Assembly: GCF_004834005.1 (NCBI RefSeq)
Contig: NZ_STFF01000009.1
Location: 90,649-154,648 of the forward strand
From: Niastella caeni
GTDB taxonomy: Bacteria > Bacteroidota > Bacteroidia > Chitinophagales > Chitinophagaceae
Direction: 5' to 3'
Length of the DNA: 64,000 nt
In this document: positions 48,036 to 58,764 of the stretch, piece by piece
How the letters are laid out: each line of letters begins with the position of its first letter
Numbering within the stretch: position 1 is the first letter of the stretch
The notes under the pieces: model-generated
What the model saw: the letters and a program-made list of their open reading frames with translations, nothing else
Databases searched by the model: none
Told to the model about the DNA's origin: nothing
Program-made: the position numbers and the translations under genes

Positions 48036-51000
48036 TTATTTCGCCTTCTGTATCCGTTGGTTCCATACAACTTCATTACCGGCAATCACCTGCAACAAAT
48101 ACATGCCTTTTGCCAGCGCGGCAGAGGGGTTCAATGAAATCGTATTATTACCGGCAGAAAGTATCCTGTTGGTTTTGTATATCTCCCGGCCTGTCATATC
48201 TATCATTCGTATAGCTACTGGCAATACCTTACCGGAATACACCTTTACACGTATAAGACTTTCAAACGGATTAGGTGCTACCGACAACACGCTTACGTTG
48301 CCGGTGGTGTTGGCAATACGAATTACATTGCTATATCGCCACTTGCCATCTGTATCAACTGTTCGTAAACGATACCAGACATTATTGACCACAGGGTTAT
48401 TATCGGTGTAGTTATATTTTATACGCGATGTACTGTTGCCGGTTGCCGCAACAGTGCCTATCTCCCTATACTGTTGTCCATCTTCGCTGCGTTCAATAGC
48501 AAAGTGATCAACCTGCTCTTCCATTATGGTTTCCCAGGTAAGCTGCGACTGGCCATCTACATAGCGTCCGGTGAAATACGAAAGCGTAACCGGTAATACT
48601 GCACTCACTGTAATGGAAGCCGCCGCGGTTGACAAACAACCTGCACCCGATAAGGAGACCGCTTTAACAAGCACATTATAGGAACCCACCGAATTGAACG
48701 TGTTGGTAGGCAATGATAAACTGCTGCCGGTTCCCCATTTAGATACTGCATAGTTAGTGGTGCCGGTGGTAGCATCGGTTAGCGCGTAAATAATGCCCGA
48801 TTGAGTTGTATTCAAATTATAGGTAACGGTTTGCCCAGTTTGAATAGAAGCTGATGTGGGCGTAATAACCGGTGTGGTTGGCGTTGCGCAACTTAACGTA
48901 ACACTGGAACTGCAATCGATTTTCTCAGCAGCACTGGTTGCCTGGGAAGTTACTGTTAATACCCCGCCAGCATATAAAGTATTACTATAGGTTGAATTCA
49001 ATCCGGAAATCGTCCAGGCAGTGGCGCTGGTTACACTGGTAGAGCCAATGCTGGTTCCATCAAGATATAAACGGATAGTACCGGTAAAAGCAACCGGTAA
49101 CGAACCGGTTACAGAAGTAGCAGCGGCCGTATACGATCCCGTTATAGATGGGCAAACAGTAGTGGCAGCTAATGCAGAAGCCGCTGTAGAAGCAGCGCTG
49201 GCTGCACAACTTCCATTCTGCTGGGTAGCTGTATAACTCCTGGTAGCTATGGGCGTATAGGTGATGCTCCACGTGCCGTTCGATTGCACGGTTGTTGTAC
49301 CAATGCTGACGCCGTTTTCATAAACGGTCACTACGGTACCTGCAGGCTCGCCTGATTTACCGGCGATCGTTGTTGAACCTGTAGACAGGTTGCCATTATT
49401 ATCGGTAGTGATAACAGGGGGTGTTGTAAAACACATAACTGTGCGGGAAGCCGCCGCACTTACACAACCGCCGCTTGCCTGCGCTACCACATTTACCACA
49501 TCGCTTAATGACAATACCAGGTTGCTGAAGCTGTAATTACCTGAACCATCGGCCGTGGCTGTGGTTTGCAATTTTGCATTTATATACAATCTTACGGTAG
49601 CACCACTGCCGCTGGCCACATTTCCTGAAACGACAGTTGAGCTGCTATATAAATTAGTTTGTGAAATGGCAGGCGTACTGGCCTGTGTAAAGTTAAGGCA
49701 ACTGAATACCGGACCTGATTCACATTTGCTGGTTTCCTGGGCCGTTACGGCATAACTGCCATCATTGATATCGTTGCTGGCGCTGGTACAGGGATCAACA
49801 CCACCCCCGTTGGCGCCATCATACCCCCAGGTTGTTGATGTAGGATAAAAGATGCGATAAGTGGTAGAATTATCATCTGCCAATAAAGTAATTCCGGAAG
49901 TGGTAACCGTATATAATCTTACGGAAGCATTGGCAGGCCGGGTTCCGCTCACTCCTTTACGGGTAAGACACGTATAGGTTAAAATACCGGTTGAAGTGGT
50001 ATTGGCGGCAGAGCAACTAACCACCTGCACGCTGTTCGATTGTAAACACATCGATTCACCAGTGGCTTGCGCTTTGGCATACAACACATCGCCATTGCTT
50101 ACAGTAATCCCATTAATGCTCCAGGTATTACCCGTAGCAACCGTAGTAGTTCCTGCCGATACGCCATTCTTATACAAAGTAATGGTAGCAGTAGATGGTT
50201 TTGAAACATCAAGGGATGTCCAGCTACCGGTTACGGTAATGCCGCTACCTGCCTGCACCGGACTGGTTACGGTAGGCGCTGCTGTACAGGTTGCCCCTAC
50301 CCCGCTGCCACTACTGGCAATATTGGTCAGAGTAATAGAAGGCGTATTATTAATAGCTACTTCCCAGCTTTTCATGGGATCGTTATAAGATGCGTCATTC
50401 ACGCCATAGATATCCGATTTCGGCCCACCTATCGCGGCCGTGGGCGCCATTACTGTAGTGGCCGTCATCCGTAACGGAGTGGATGCTGTAATGCCTAATG
50501 CACTTATGGGTACATAAAAATCATAAAAGTAATCAGGGGTTGAAGATACCGTTGATAATGCCACCGATACCTGTGCATTGGAGTTGATGCCGTAGCTGTT
50601 GATCAAAGTGGGCGAACTGGTTCCATCAACATTATAAGCGGCCACGCGAAAATTGGTCTCCAGCACTATTTCCAGTTCAAAACCCGGATTGCCATTCACA
50701 CCCGTAGTAGCAGCCTGGTAATTGGGATCGGCATAAGCGCCGGTGTTGCCCATTTTACCGTCGGTATCTATCAATACACTATATCCTTTTGAACCGCTCA
50801 CTATGCTGCCAATCCGCAAGCGGAACAGCAGGTTGGAGCCATCGTTATATACATAAAATCCGCTGCCATCAACCTGGCGAACGAGGTCGCTGTATAATTC
50901 AGCAGGCCCGCGCATGAGGTCGGATGTAGGTTCCAAAATAGCGGGGGGAACGGTTTTATACGGAATTTCACTTTCAGTAATATCACTTGTTGCAAAACCG

Positions 51001-51149
51001 CTGGTGGTAGCCGAGGAAAAACCATCACCATTTGGATTAAGCGGCGTAACACCATTACCGGCCGCCGGCCGCACAATAATACCGGGCGATTGAGCCATAC
51101 CGGTAATTATAGCCAGGTTGAAAAGCATAATGAGTAATGCTTGTTTCAT
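48036..51149 (-). CDS. Giant (1037 aa) T9SS-secreted Ser/Thr/Gly-rich repeat protein (Ig-like/adhesin-like) with a C-terminal sorting domain
   Basis: Signal peptide; long low-complexity T/S/G repeats; T9SS CTD ...GMYLLQVIAGNEVVWNQRIQKAK. Confidence 0.7.
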   Translation of the reverse strand: MKQALLIMLFNLAIITGMAQSPGIIVRPAAGNGVTPLNPNGDGFSSATTSGFATSDITESEIPYKTVPPAILEPTSDLMRGPAELYSDLVRQVDGSGFYVYNDGSNLLFRLRIGSIVSGSKGYSVLIDTDGKMGNTGAYADPNYQAATTGVNGNPGFELEIVLETNFRVAAYNVDGTSSPTLINSYGINSNAQVSVALSTVSSTPDYFYDFYVPISALGITASTPLRMTATTVMAPTAAIGGPKSDIYGVNDASYNDPMKSWEVAINNTPSITLTNIASSGSGVGATCTAAPTVTSPVQAGSGITVTGSWTSLDVSKPSTATITLYKNGVSAGTTTVATGNTWSINGITVSNGDVLYAKAQATGESMCLQSNSVQVVSCSAANTTSTGILTYTCLTRKGVSGTRPANASVRLYTVTTSGITLLADDNSTTYRIFYPTSTTWGYDGANGGGVDPCTSASNDINDGSYAVTAQETSKCESGPVFSCLNFTQASTPAISQTNLYSSSTVVSGNVASGSGATVRLYINAKLQTTATADGSGNYSFSNLVLSLSDVVNVVAQASGGCVSAAASRTVMCFTTPPVITTDNNGNLSTGSTTIAGKSGEPAGTVVTVYENGVSIGTTTVQSNGTWSITYTPIATRSYTATQQNGSCAASAASTAASALAATTVCPSITGSYTAAATSVTGSLPVAFTGTIRLYLDGTSIGSTSVTSATAWTISGLNSTYSNTLYAGGVLTVTSQATSAAEKIDCSSSVTLSCATPTTPVITPTSASIQTGQTVTYNLNTTQSGIIYALTDATTGTTNYAVSKWGTGSSLSLPTNTFNSVGSYNVLVKAVSLSGAGCLSTAAASITVSAVLPVTLSYFTGRYVDGQSQLTWETIMEEQVDHFAIERSEDGQQYREIGTVAATGNSTSRIKYNYTDNNPVVNNVWYRLRTVDTDGKWRYSNVIRIANTTGNVSVLSVAPNPFESLIRVKVYSGKVLPVAIRMIDMTGREIYKTNRILSAGNNTISLNPSAALAKGMYLLQVIAGNEVVWNQRIQKAK

Positions 51150-51281
51150 AGTTTATTGGTTATAAAGGATAAGCGCATTTCCCCGCCAAAATATTCCATG
51201 TTTAAGCGTCATTAATACAGGATTAAATGAAATTCCCTATTCAAATACAGACGACTGCTTAATTATTTATTTATATCATAT

Positions 51282-53174
51282 GTGAGTGTGGCAGCGGCTT
51301 TTCAGTTACATTTGCGTACAAACCCTCGTGACCTGATTTGTAACCAAACATACCTTGCTATAGTTGGCTTGCTATTGCTATGTAATGTAGGACCTGCCCA
51401 CACACAGGATCGCCTGGCGAAGCAGGATAGCATAAGAAAACTGCTTGCTACCCACCCCGATGATTCATCAAAGGTGAAACTGCTAAACAGTCTTGCATCA
51501 ACGTTTTACCAAACCAGTTCAGACTCAATCAGATACTATTCTTCACTGGCTGTTCAATTGGCCCAGCAACTATCCTATCGCCGTGGCGAAGCCGATGCAG
51601 AAGCACACCAGGCCGCGTATTACAGAATAAAGGGCGATTATACCACGGCCCTGAATAAGTTACTGCACGGAATAAAAATATATGAAGAGCAGCATGCCAT
51701 AGCACCGGCTGCCGACAATTACCTTGATATAGCGCAGGTGTATAAAGATATGGGAGGTGATTCCAGAACCATGGAATATATCAACAAAGGGATTGACTAC
51801 AGCAAGTATGCATACAACCTGTTCAACAGCATTCACGATACAGCGGGCATGGTAGAAAGCCTGAACATGTGCGGCATATTGTACCGTGATATTGGCAAAA
51901 CAAACAGTCGTAAACACTATTACGATAGTGCTTTTGCCGTATATACTAAAGCGGTTACCATGGTTGAGCTATCGGGAAAAGGGAAGAAAAGCACCAGCAA
52001 ATTATACAACAACATCAGCCAGGTATATAATGAATACTGGAAAAATTATGATAAGGCGCTAGAATACCTGTTTAAAGCCGAAGCGCTGAATAAACAAAAC
52101 CACAACCTCTCGAGCCTGTCATATAACTATGGAAATATCTCACTCGCCTATACCCAACTGAATCAGCCAGCCCAGGCACTTGTATTTGCCCGGAAGATGT
52201 TGGAAACATCCCGCCAACTGGAGCGGCCGGAAAGAATGCGCAATGCGTATAATTCCATGCACAATGCCTTTGCCGCCGCCGGTCGTTACGACTCTGCCCT
52301 GCATTATTACAAACTGGCCGATGTGCTTGACGATTCGCTGAACAATGTGGCAAAGACCAATGAGGTTGTTGACCTGCAAACAAAATATGAAACCGGGAAA
52401 AAAAATTCAGAAATACAGCGCCTTTACACTGAAAGCCTTGCAAAAAATAAACAGATCATAATACTGGTTTCGGCCCTGGTGATATTTGCCTTACTTACCG
52501 CCTGTATGGTTTGGTTATACCATCGTATAAAGAAACAACGCCAGGAAATTACCAACCAATCGAAGAGGCTGGAAATAATGATGAAAGAACTGCACCACCG
52601 GGTAAAGAACAACCTGCAGATCGTAAGCAGTTTGTTAAGCTTGCAAACCTATAAAGTGCAGGATGAAGAAGCCGTGCTGGTTTTGAAAGAAAGCCAGCAA
52701 CGGGTACAGGCCATGAGCTTTATTCATCAACGCCTGTATAAAACCGAATCGCTGACGGCAGTAAATATGAAAGAATACCTGACCGACCTGGCCGAATCAC
52801 TGGTATCGTCATACGGCTTTAACCGGGATGATTTCGATCTATACATTACAGTAGAAAAAGAAATGCTTGACATAGACAAGGCATTGCCCATTGGGCTTAT
52901 CATCAATGAAATTGTGACCAATGCCCTGAAGTATGCTTACAAAGAGATCAACCGCCCGGCATTGCACGTTACGCTCACCGAAGAAGATACAAAACTGGTT
53001 TGCGCAATAAAAGACAATGGCATTGGCATTGATGAGCAACAGTGGAAACAAAAGAAAAATTCTTTTGGTAAACAATTGATAACCGCCCTGTGCAAACAGC
53101 TTCGGGCGCAGCAAACGCTTGTTGTTAATGAAGGCACACAGTTTACGATCACGATACCAAAACAAGTAGCATAG
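51282..53174 (+). CDS. Sensor histidine kinase: TPR-repeat sensor, single TM helix, HisKA_2 dimerisation domain, HATPase
   Basis: H-box ELHHRVKNNLQIVSSLLSLQ (HisKA_2); periplasmic/cytoplasmic TPR-like repeats; C-terminal ATPase (NALKYA..., GIGI). Confidence 0.7.
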   Translation: MSVAAAFQLHLRTNPRDLICNQTYLAIVGLLLLCNVGPAHTQDRLAKQDSIRKLLATHPDDSSKVKLLNSLASTFYQTSSDSIRYYSSLAVQLAQQLSYRRGEADAEAHQAAYYRIKGDYTTALNKLLHGIKIYEEQHAIAPAADNYLDIAQVYKDMGGDSRTMEYINKGIDYSKYAYNLFNSIHDTAGMVESLNMCGILYRDIGKTNSRKHYYDSAFAVYTKAVTMVELSGKGKKSTSKLYNNISQVYNEYWKNYDKALEYLFKAEALNKQNHNLSSLSYNYGNISLAYTQLNQPAQALVFARKMLETSRQLERPERMRNAYNSMHNAFAAAGRYDSALHYYKLADVLDDSLNNVAKTNEVVDLQTKYETGKKNSEIQRLYTESLAKNKQIIILVSALVIFALLTACMVWLYHRIKKQRQEITNQSKRLEIMMKELHHRVKNNLQIVSSLLSLQTYKVQDEEAVLVLKESQQRVQAMSFIHQRLYKTESLTAVNMKEYLTDLAESLVSSYGFNRDDFDLYITVEKEMLDIDKALPIGLIINEIVTNALKYAYKEINRPALHVTLTEEDTKLVCAIKDNGIGIDEQQWKQKKNSFGKQLITALCKQLRAQQTLVVNEGTQFTITIPKQVA

Positions 53175-53193
53175 TGGTGTATAAATAAAAGTT

Positions 53194-53982
53194 ATGGCTG
53201 CAGAAAAAGTAAACATATTAATAGTAGAAGATGAAAGCATTGTAGCGCTTGACCTGGCCAATGGCCTGGAGCAGGATGGCTATAACATCGCCGGAATTGC
53301 CGATAATGCCGAAGAAGCCCAGCAATTGTTTATCGACAATGAGGTAGATATTATCCTGATGGATGTGAATATTATTGGCAAAAAAGACGGAATAGATACG
53401 GCCATCGAGATATTAAAACAAAGAGCGGTGCCCATTATTTACTTAACTGCCTTCACCGATGCAGGCACCATCAACAGAATAAAACAAACCCACCCGGCAG
53501 CCTTTTTATCAAAGCCCTACAGCCTTACCAACGTACGCATTGCCATTGACCTGGCAGTGAATAACTTTGCTGTTTCCCGCGAACAACAATCAACCGGAAA
53601 GATCATTCCGCTTGATAAAGACAGTAACCGCAACACCACTTCACCCGAGCGGGAAATGATCCTGCGCATGAACGACCACATTTTTGTAAAGAACAATTAC
53701 ACCTTTATAAAACTAAAGCTTTGCGATCTCTTGTATATTGAAGCTGAAAATAATTACGTTTCCATTATCACCACTGATAAAAGGTTTTTATTGCGCTTAT
53801 CGCTAAACCAGTTGCTGGATAAGATCAATTACAAAGCCCTGGTGCGCATTCATCGCTCCTATGCGGTAAATATCAATGCCATTCAATCCTTTAACGAACA
53901 GGAAGTAGAAATTAACGGGAAGCACCTGCCCATCGGAAGAAATTACAAGGAAGAGTTTTTGAAGCAATTTGATTTCAGGTAA
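53194..53982 (+). CDS. LytTR-family response regulator (REC plus LytTR DNA-binding domain)
   Basis: REC motifs (LIVEDE, DIILMDVNI, K in LSKPY); C-terminal LytTR (IHRSYAVNINAI). Confidence 0.85.
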   Translation: MAAEKVNILIVEDESIVALDLANGLEQDGYNIAGIADNAEEAQQLFIDNEVDIILMDVNIIGKKDGIDTAIEILKQRAVPIIYLTAFTDAGTINRIKQTHPAAFLSKPYSLTNVRIAIDLAVNNFAVSREQQSTGKIIPLDKDSNRNTTSPEREMILRMNDHIFVKNNYTFIKLKLCDLLYIEAENNYVSIITTDKRFLLRLSLNQLLDKINYKALVRIHRSYAVNINAIQSFNEQEVEINGKHLPIGRNYKEEFLKQFDFR

Positions 53983-54340
53983 TTCACCCCTCACAACCGC
54001 ACTTTCACATACAAAATCGCGTCATTTACATACAAGCGGCCATTTCATGGCCTTTTGAGCAGTAGTTTAGCACCCGTTATTAATCACTGTAGTTAAAAAG
54101 GAAAAGCAACATAAACGGGGTTCTAATTTTTTTGTACTAGTAGTTCAAAAGTTTAACAGGAGTTCTAAATAGATGGTTCCAATGGTGATACCCAAAACAG
54201 GGTCGGCTTATCACCATGAAAAAAAGCAGGTGACAATTTTGCCGCCTGCTTTTTTATTGGCCTCCCCCGGCCCCCTTCCGGGATGGGAGGAGAAAGCTTT
54301 TTGTTCCGCGTTCTGCATCAAGCGTTTTGCGCTAAGCGTT

Positions 54341-56041
54341 CTAATAATCATATTCCCGCCTGAACATATTCATTCGAATACCGGCTGTAATGATCGAAGA
54401 ATTTCTATCTGCAATGGTGGGTACACCCGTTTTATAATTGCGAATAAGCGCCGAAGCTTCCAGGAACAGGTTTTCCCTTACTTCATACGATACCAGCAAT
54501 TGGGCATTTACCCCGGTTCCGCGCGGACCATTGGGTAACTTGTAACCATAATCACCGGAAGAACGACTGGTATTGACCATGAAAATATTAGAGCCTATGT
54601 TACTATCAGCTGTATCGGTACCCTGCTTCCAAACAATTAAGCGGGCAGAAGTTGTTAATTTAGGATGTGGTTGATACCTGATAATACCAATGGCCTCCAC
54701 AAAATTAGCTCCCAATGGATGCGCCATGGGTTGGTTATAATGCGTATAATTAGCCAGGCTATCGTAATGGGAATAGGTAAATGGCCTTACCATGTTGATC
54801 TCACCCTGCAGGTCAAGATTTTTAATGCTAAAGGCATTGATGTATTTGGCGCCCATTTGAATGCCGAATTTATTGGCCCACCATCCTTTTCCGCCACGCA
54901 CTTCTTTCAGTACAAACTCATCGAGCAACCATTGGCCATATAATTGCAAACGTTTCGCTATATTGGCTTTAACATCAATTCCCACAAACGCATTATCCGC
55001 GCTGCCATTTTGTTGCTCGGCCAACCGCAGGAAGATCACCGGGTTCAGGTAAGTAAAATCAAAATGATTTTTCCGGTCAAATACAACGGCTTCAAAAACA
55101 CCCACGTTTAACCAGGGAGTAACGTCCATGCTTAAATGGTGCATGGAAGTATATTTTTTATCGAGTAATTTATTGCCGGAATTGATATTAATGGTTTTCG
55201 GTGTTAATTCGGTGAACAGGTTCAGGTAGTTGAACTTCCAAATACGGGTATTGATCTTTAAGAACAGGTAGCTATTGCCAAAGTCGCTCAGGAACAAACT
55301 GCGGTAGCCGTTGCCAATAAAATTTTTATCATACCCAAATTGAAAATCCAGGTATTTGGCAGCGGTAAAATTGATAGAACCACGTGCATCAATATAATCG
55401 GTACCTGTTTGTTTAAATCTTTTATAAAAGCCATAACCCTGCACAGCATTAAACTGGCTTATTCTATCCTGTACAAAAAGCGGAGCCCTTTCCTGGTTAT
55501 CGGTTATATAAGCCGAAAAGCCGAGCTTTTTGGAAATTAATCCGCGTACAGTAACGCCTTTTGTATTTAGAAATAACTGATCGCCTGAATTATTGCTTTC
55601 AAAGGATAACTGTTGCTGAAGTACGGGGTTAACAGTAAAGAAGAAATCCTTTACATTCACTTCCAGTAAATTGGCCTTTGTTTTATAAAAGGTATTCCAG
55701 ATGTTTTTCCTGCTATAAAAATCACTGGTATCGCCACTGGTCACCCATTCAGAATTATTCATCAATAAACTGCGCAGATTATATTCATCTACCTTCGACA
55801 ACAACTGGCCGCTGGATTTTTGTATTGAATCGGCCTGCTCCGCAATGCGTACAGCTATTTTACGGCTCAATGGTTTCACTGTAGAAAGGTTCAGATCATC
55901 ATTTCTTTGCAACAAGATCTCAAGGCGGTTCAGCAAAGCCTGGTGCTTGGTACCCTGTGGTAAATACGTTGACTGCGCAAACAACCCAAATGGAAATAAT
56001 AAAAACAATAAGGGGACAATGGTTTTTATAATATATTGCAT
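54341..56041 (-). CDS. Outer-membrane beta-barrel protein, possibly capsule-assembly Wzi-like family
   Basis: Signal peptide; N-terminal helical segment with an LLNRLEI motif, followed by a long beta-barrel pattern. The family call is tentative. Confidence 0.4.
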   Translation of the reverse strand: MQYIIKTIVPLLFLLFPFGLFAQSTYLPQGTKHQALLNRLEILLQRNDDLNLSTVKPLSRKIAVRIAEQADSIQKSSGQLLSKVDEYNLRSLLMNNSEWVTSGDTSDFYSRKNIWNTFYKTKANLLEVNVKDFFFTVNPVLQQQLSFESNNSGDQLFLNTKGVTVRGLISKKLGFSAYITDNQERAPLFVQDRISQFNAVQGYGFYKRFKQTGTDYIDARGSINFTAAKYLDFQFGYDKNFIGNGYRSLFLSDFGNSYLFLKINTRIWKFNYLNLFTELTPKTININSGNKLLDKKYTSMHHLSMDVTPWLNVGVFEAVVFDRKNHFDFTYLNPVIFLRLAEQQNGSADNAFVGIDVKANIAKRLQLYGQWLLDEFVLKEVRGGKGWWANKFGIQMGAKYINAFSIKNLDLQGEINMVRPFTYSHYDSLANYTHYNQPMAHPLGANFVEAIGIIRYQPHPKLTTSARLIVWKQGTDTADSNIGSNIFMVNTSRSSGDYGYKLPNGPRGTGVNAQLLVSYEVRENLFLEASALIRNYKTGVPTIADRNSSIITAGIRMNMFRREYDY

Positions 56042-56074
56042 GGCCAGTATTTAAAAATATTATTTTTTCAAGAT

Positions 56075-57415
56075 ATGCAAAATTACCTGATTAAAAATAT
56101 AATGGTCGTGAATGAAGGTGTTTCGGCCGTGCAGGACGTACTTATTAAAAACGGCCGCATTGAAAAGTTAGGTCGCAGCATTCAACCAGATATTTTAGTT
56201 ACAGAAATAAACGGCGAGGGTTTGCATTTATTACCCGGCGCCATTGACGACCAGGTGCATTTTCGCGAGCCCGGCCTTACACACAAAGCTACCATTTATA
56301 CCGAATCGAAAGCTGCGGTAGCCGGAGGCGTTACTTCGTTTATGGAAATGCCCAATACCATGCCGCCGGTATTTACACATGAGTTGCTGGAAGAAAAGTA
56401 TTCCATCGCCGCCAATAGCGCATTGGCCAATTACTCATTTTACATGGGCACTTCCAATGAAAATGCCGATGAAGCCCTTAAAACAAATATTCGTAAAAAA
56501 GATATTTGCGGCATCAAGATCTTCATGGGGTCTTCAACCGGCGGATTGCTGGTTGACAACTACCTTACGCTTGATAAAATTTTCCAGGAAAGCGAGGTGC
56601 TTATTGCCACCCATTGTGAAGATGAAAAGATCATTAAAGCCAATTTTGAAAGATTAAAAAAAGAAAAAGGTGTTCTGGAACCCGCCGATCATCCACTAAT
56701 ACGCGATGAACACGGTTGTTTTGAAAGCTCCCTGGCAGCCATTCAGTTTGCCCAGAAGTATAACACCCGGCTTCACATACTGCATATAAGCACAGAAAAA
56801 GAACTGGCTTTATTTTCGAATATGAAACCGCTCGGGCAAAAAAATATAACGGCTGAAGTGTGTGTACACCACCTGCATTTCACCAGCAACGATTATGCAC
56901 GCCTGGGTAATCTTATAAAATGTAACCCCGCCATAAAAGCACCCAATAACCGCGAAGCTTTATGGCAGGCACTGCTCGATGACAGATTGGATGTGATTGC
57001 CACAGACCATGCGCCGCATACCTTCGAAGAAAAAGGCGGGGGATATGAAAAATCTCATGCAGGCTTACCCCTGGTTCAGCACAGCCTGTTACTCATGTTG
57101 CACTACGTAAAAGAAGGGCGGATCTCGCTGGAAAAAGTGGTAGAAAAAATGAGCCATGCCGTTGCCACCTGTTACCAGGTGGCCGACAGAGGCTACATCA
57201 GGGAAGGATACAAGGCAGATCTGGTTATTGTTAATATGAATGCAACCACCACAGCTACAAAAGAAAATATATTGTATAAATGCGGCTGGAGCCCGCTGGA
57301 GCAGTTTACCTTCCCGGCGGCCATTACCCACACGTTTGTAAATGGCAATTTGGTTTATGGAAATGGTCAGTGGAATGAATCTAATAAGGGAGAACGATTG
57401 TTATTTAATCGGTAA
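56075..57415 (+). CDS. Dihydroorotase-like cyclic amidohydrolase (probable start MQNYLIKNI)
   Basis: Metal-binding DDQVHFREPG (HxH motif) and ATDHAPH motifs. Confidence 0.7.
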   Translation: MQNYLIKNIMVVNEGVSAVQDVLIKNGRIEKLGRSIQPDILVTEINGEGLHLLPGAIDDQVHFREPGLTHKATIYTESKAAVAGGVTSFMEMPNTMPPVFTHELLEEKYSIAANSALANYSFYMGTSNENADEALKTNIRKKDICGIKIFMGSSTGGLLVDNYLTLDKIFQESEVLIATHCEDEKIIKANFERLKKEKGVLEPADHPLIRDEHGCFESSLAAIQFAQKYNTRLHILHISTEKELALFSNMKPLGQKNITAEVCVHHLHFTSNDYARLGNLIKCNPAIKAPNNREALWQALLDDRLDVIATDHAPHTFEEKGGGYEKSHAGLPLVQHSLLLMLHYVKEGRISLEKVVEKMSHAVATCYQVADRGYIREGYKADLVIVNMNATTTATKENILYKCGWSPLEQFTFPAAITHTFVNGNLVYGNGQWNESNKGERLLFNR

Positions 57416-57441
57416 CTTACGAAAACATAGGAGAAGGATTC

Positions 57442-58755
57442 ATGGAACTAGACAACACCACCTATAACGACCTTTCAGTATTTCAGCATGAGGAAGAGTT
57501 TTCCATTTTTCACCGGCTTTGCTTTACCCGCACTTCGCAGGGCCGGGACTGGCTGTTAAAATATTTCAGCAATCCGTTCAGCGATCTGCGGCCAATATTG
57601 GAAACCCAGCAGATCCTTCGGTCGATACTCGTTAGTATTGACCAATGGCCTAATGAAATAAGCAATGGAACATTGATGGTCATTGAAAAGTTCTATGATA
57701 GCAATGTAGATGCAATTCCCAATGCGAACCTTTTACATGCCTTTACCTATAAAGTTTTCAATGGCGCCGATTTTTCATTGGTACGCTATTCCATTTCGCA
57801 TTTCTCAGATTTTTTAAAAGGAATGCATCAGTTGATACAGTTGCTTGATAAAGATGAAGCGCCTTTACTGATCCGCACTTTTCTTCGCCGGGCAGCCGAC
57901 CTGATGAATAAACCGGTGTTGATTGAACTGAGAGAACGTGAACGCGGCAAAGTATTTAGCTGGACGGAAACCTTGCATTATGGCAGCTACGTAAGGGACC
58001 AATTCAGAGTACCCGTTCTGGAATTAATTGGCATATACGGCCGCATCGATGCCTGGTATTCCATGGCCGTGGCCATAAAAAAATTAGGGCTGGCTTTCCC
58101 TGAATTTATAGATCAGCCTCAACCATTTATCGACGCAAAGCAATTGTACCATATTCTATTGTCTACCCCTACCCCGTACGATGTACGGTTAAGCCACGAC
58201 AATAATTTCCTGTTTTTAACCGGCGCCAATATGGCTGGCAAAAGCACTTTCATTAAAGCCGTTGGCAGTACTGTATTTTTGGCGCATTTGGGCATGGGCG
58301 TACCGGCCCAGGCTATGCGACTTACCCTATTCGATGGGTTGTTGAGCAATATCAATGTGGTAGATAATATCGTAAAAGGAGAAAGCTATTTCTTCAATGA
58401 AGTGCAGCGGATAAAAAAAACCATCACAAAAATTAACGATGGCCGCAAGTGGCTGGTGCTTATTGACGAGCTGTTCAAAGGCACCAATGTGCAGGATGCC
58501 ATGAAATGCTCTTCTGCTGTAATAAAAGGGTTGATAAAAATAAAAAGCTCGCTGTTCATTTTATCAACCCACCTGTATGAAATTGGGGAAGAGTTGAAAC
58601 AATATCCCAATATTACATTCCGCTATTTTGAAACGACCGTGCAGGAAGATCAACTACAATTCAGCTACCAGCTCCGGGAAGGCGTCAGCAACGACCGGCT
58701 GGGTTACCTGATCCTGAAACGGGAAAAGGTGGTGGATATGCTGGAAAAATTGTAA
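57442..58755 (+). CDS. MutS domain-V-only ATPase (MutS-related protein lacking mismatch-binding domains)
   Basis: Walker A FLTGANMAGKSTFIKAVG, a DELFKGT-type Walker B, and an STH motif. Confidence 0.6.
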   Translation: MELDNTTYNDLSVFQHEEEFSIFHRLCFTRTSQGRDWLLKYFSNPFSDLRPILETQQILRSILVSIDQWPNEISNGTLMVIEKFYDSNVDAIPNANLLHAFTYKVFNGADFSLVRYSISHFSDFLKGMHQLIQLLDKDEAPLLIRTFLRRAADLMNKPVLIELRERERGKVFSWTETLHYGSYVRDQFRVPVLELIGIYGRIDAWYSMAVAIKKLGLAFPEFIDQPQPFIDAKQLYHILLSTPTPYDVRLSHDNNFLFLTGANMAGKSTFIKAVGSTVFLAHLGMGVPAQAMRLTLFDGLLSNINVVDNIVKGESYFFNEVQRIKKTITKINDGRKWLVLIDELFKGTNVQDAMKCSSAVIKGLIKIKSSLFILSTHLYEIGEELKQYPNITFRYFETTVQEDQLQFSYQLREGVSNDRLGYLILKREKVVDMLEKL

Positions 58756-58764
58756 TATGCTTTC

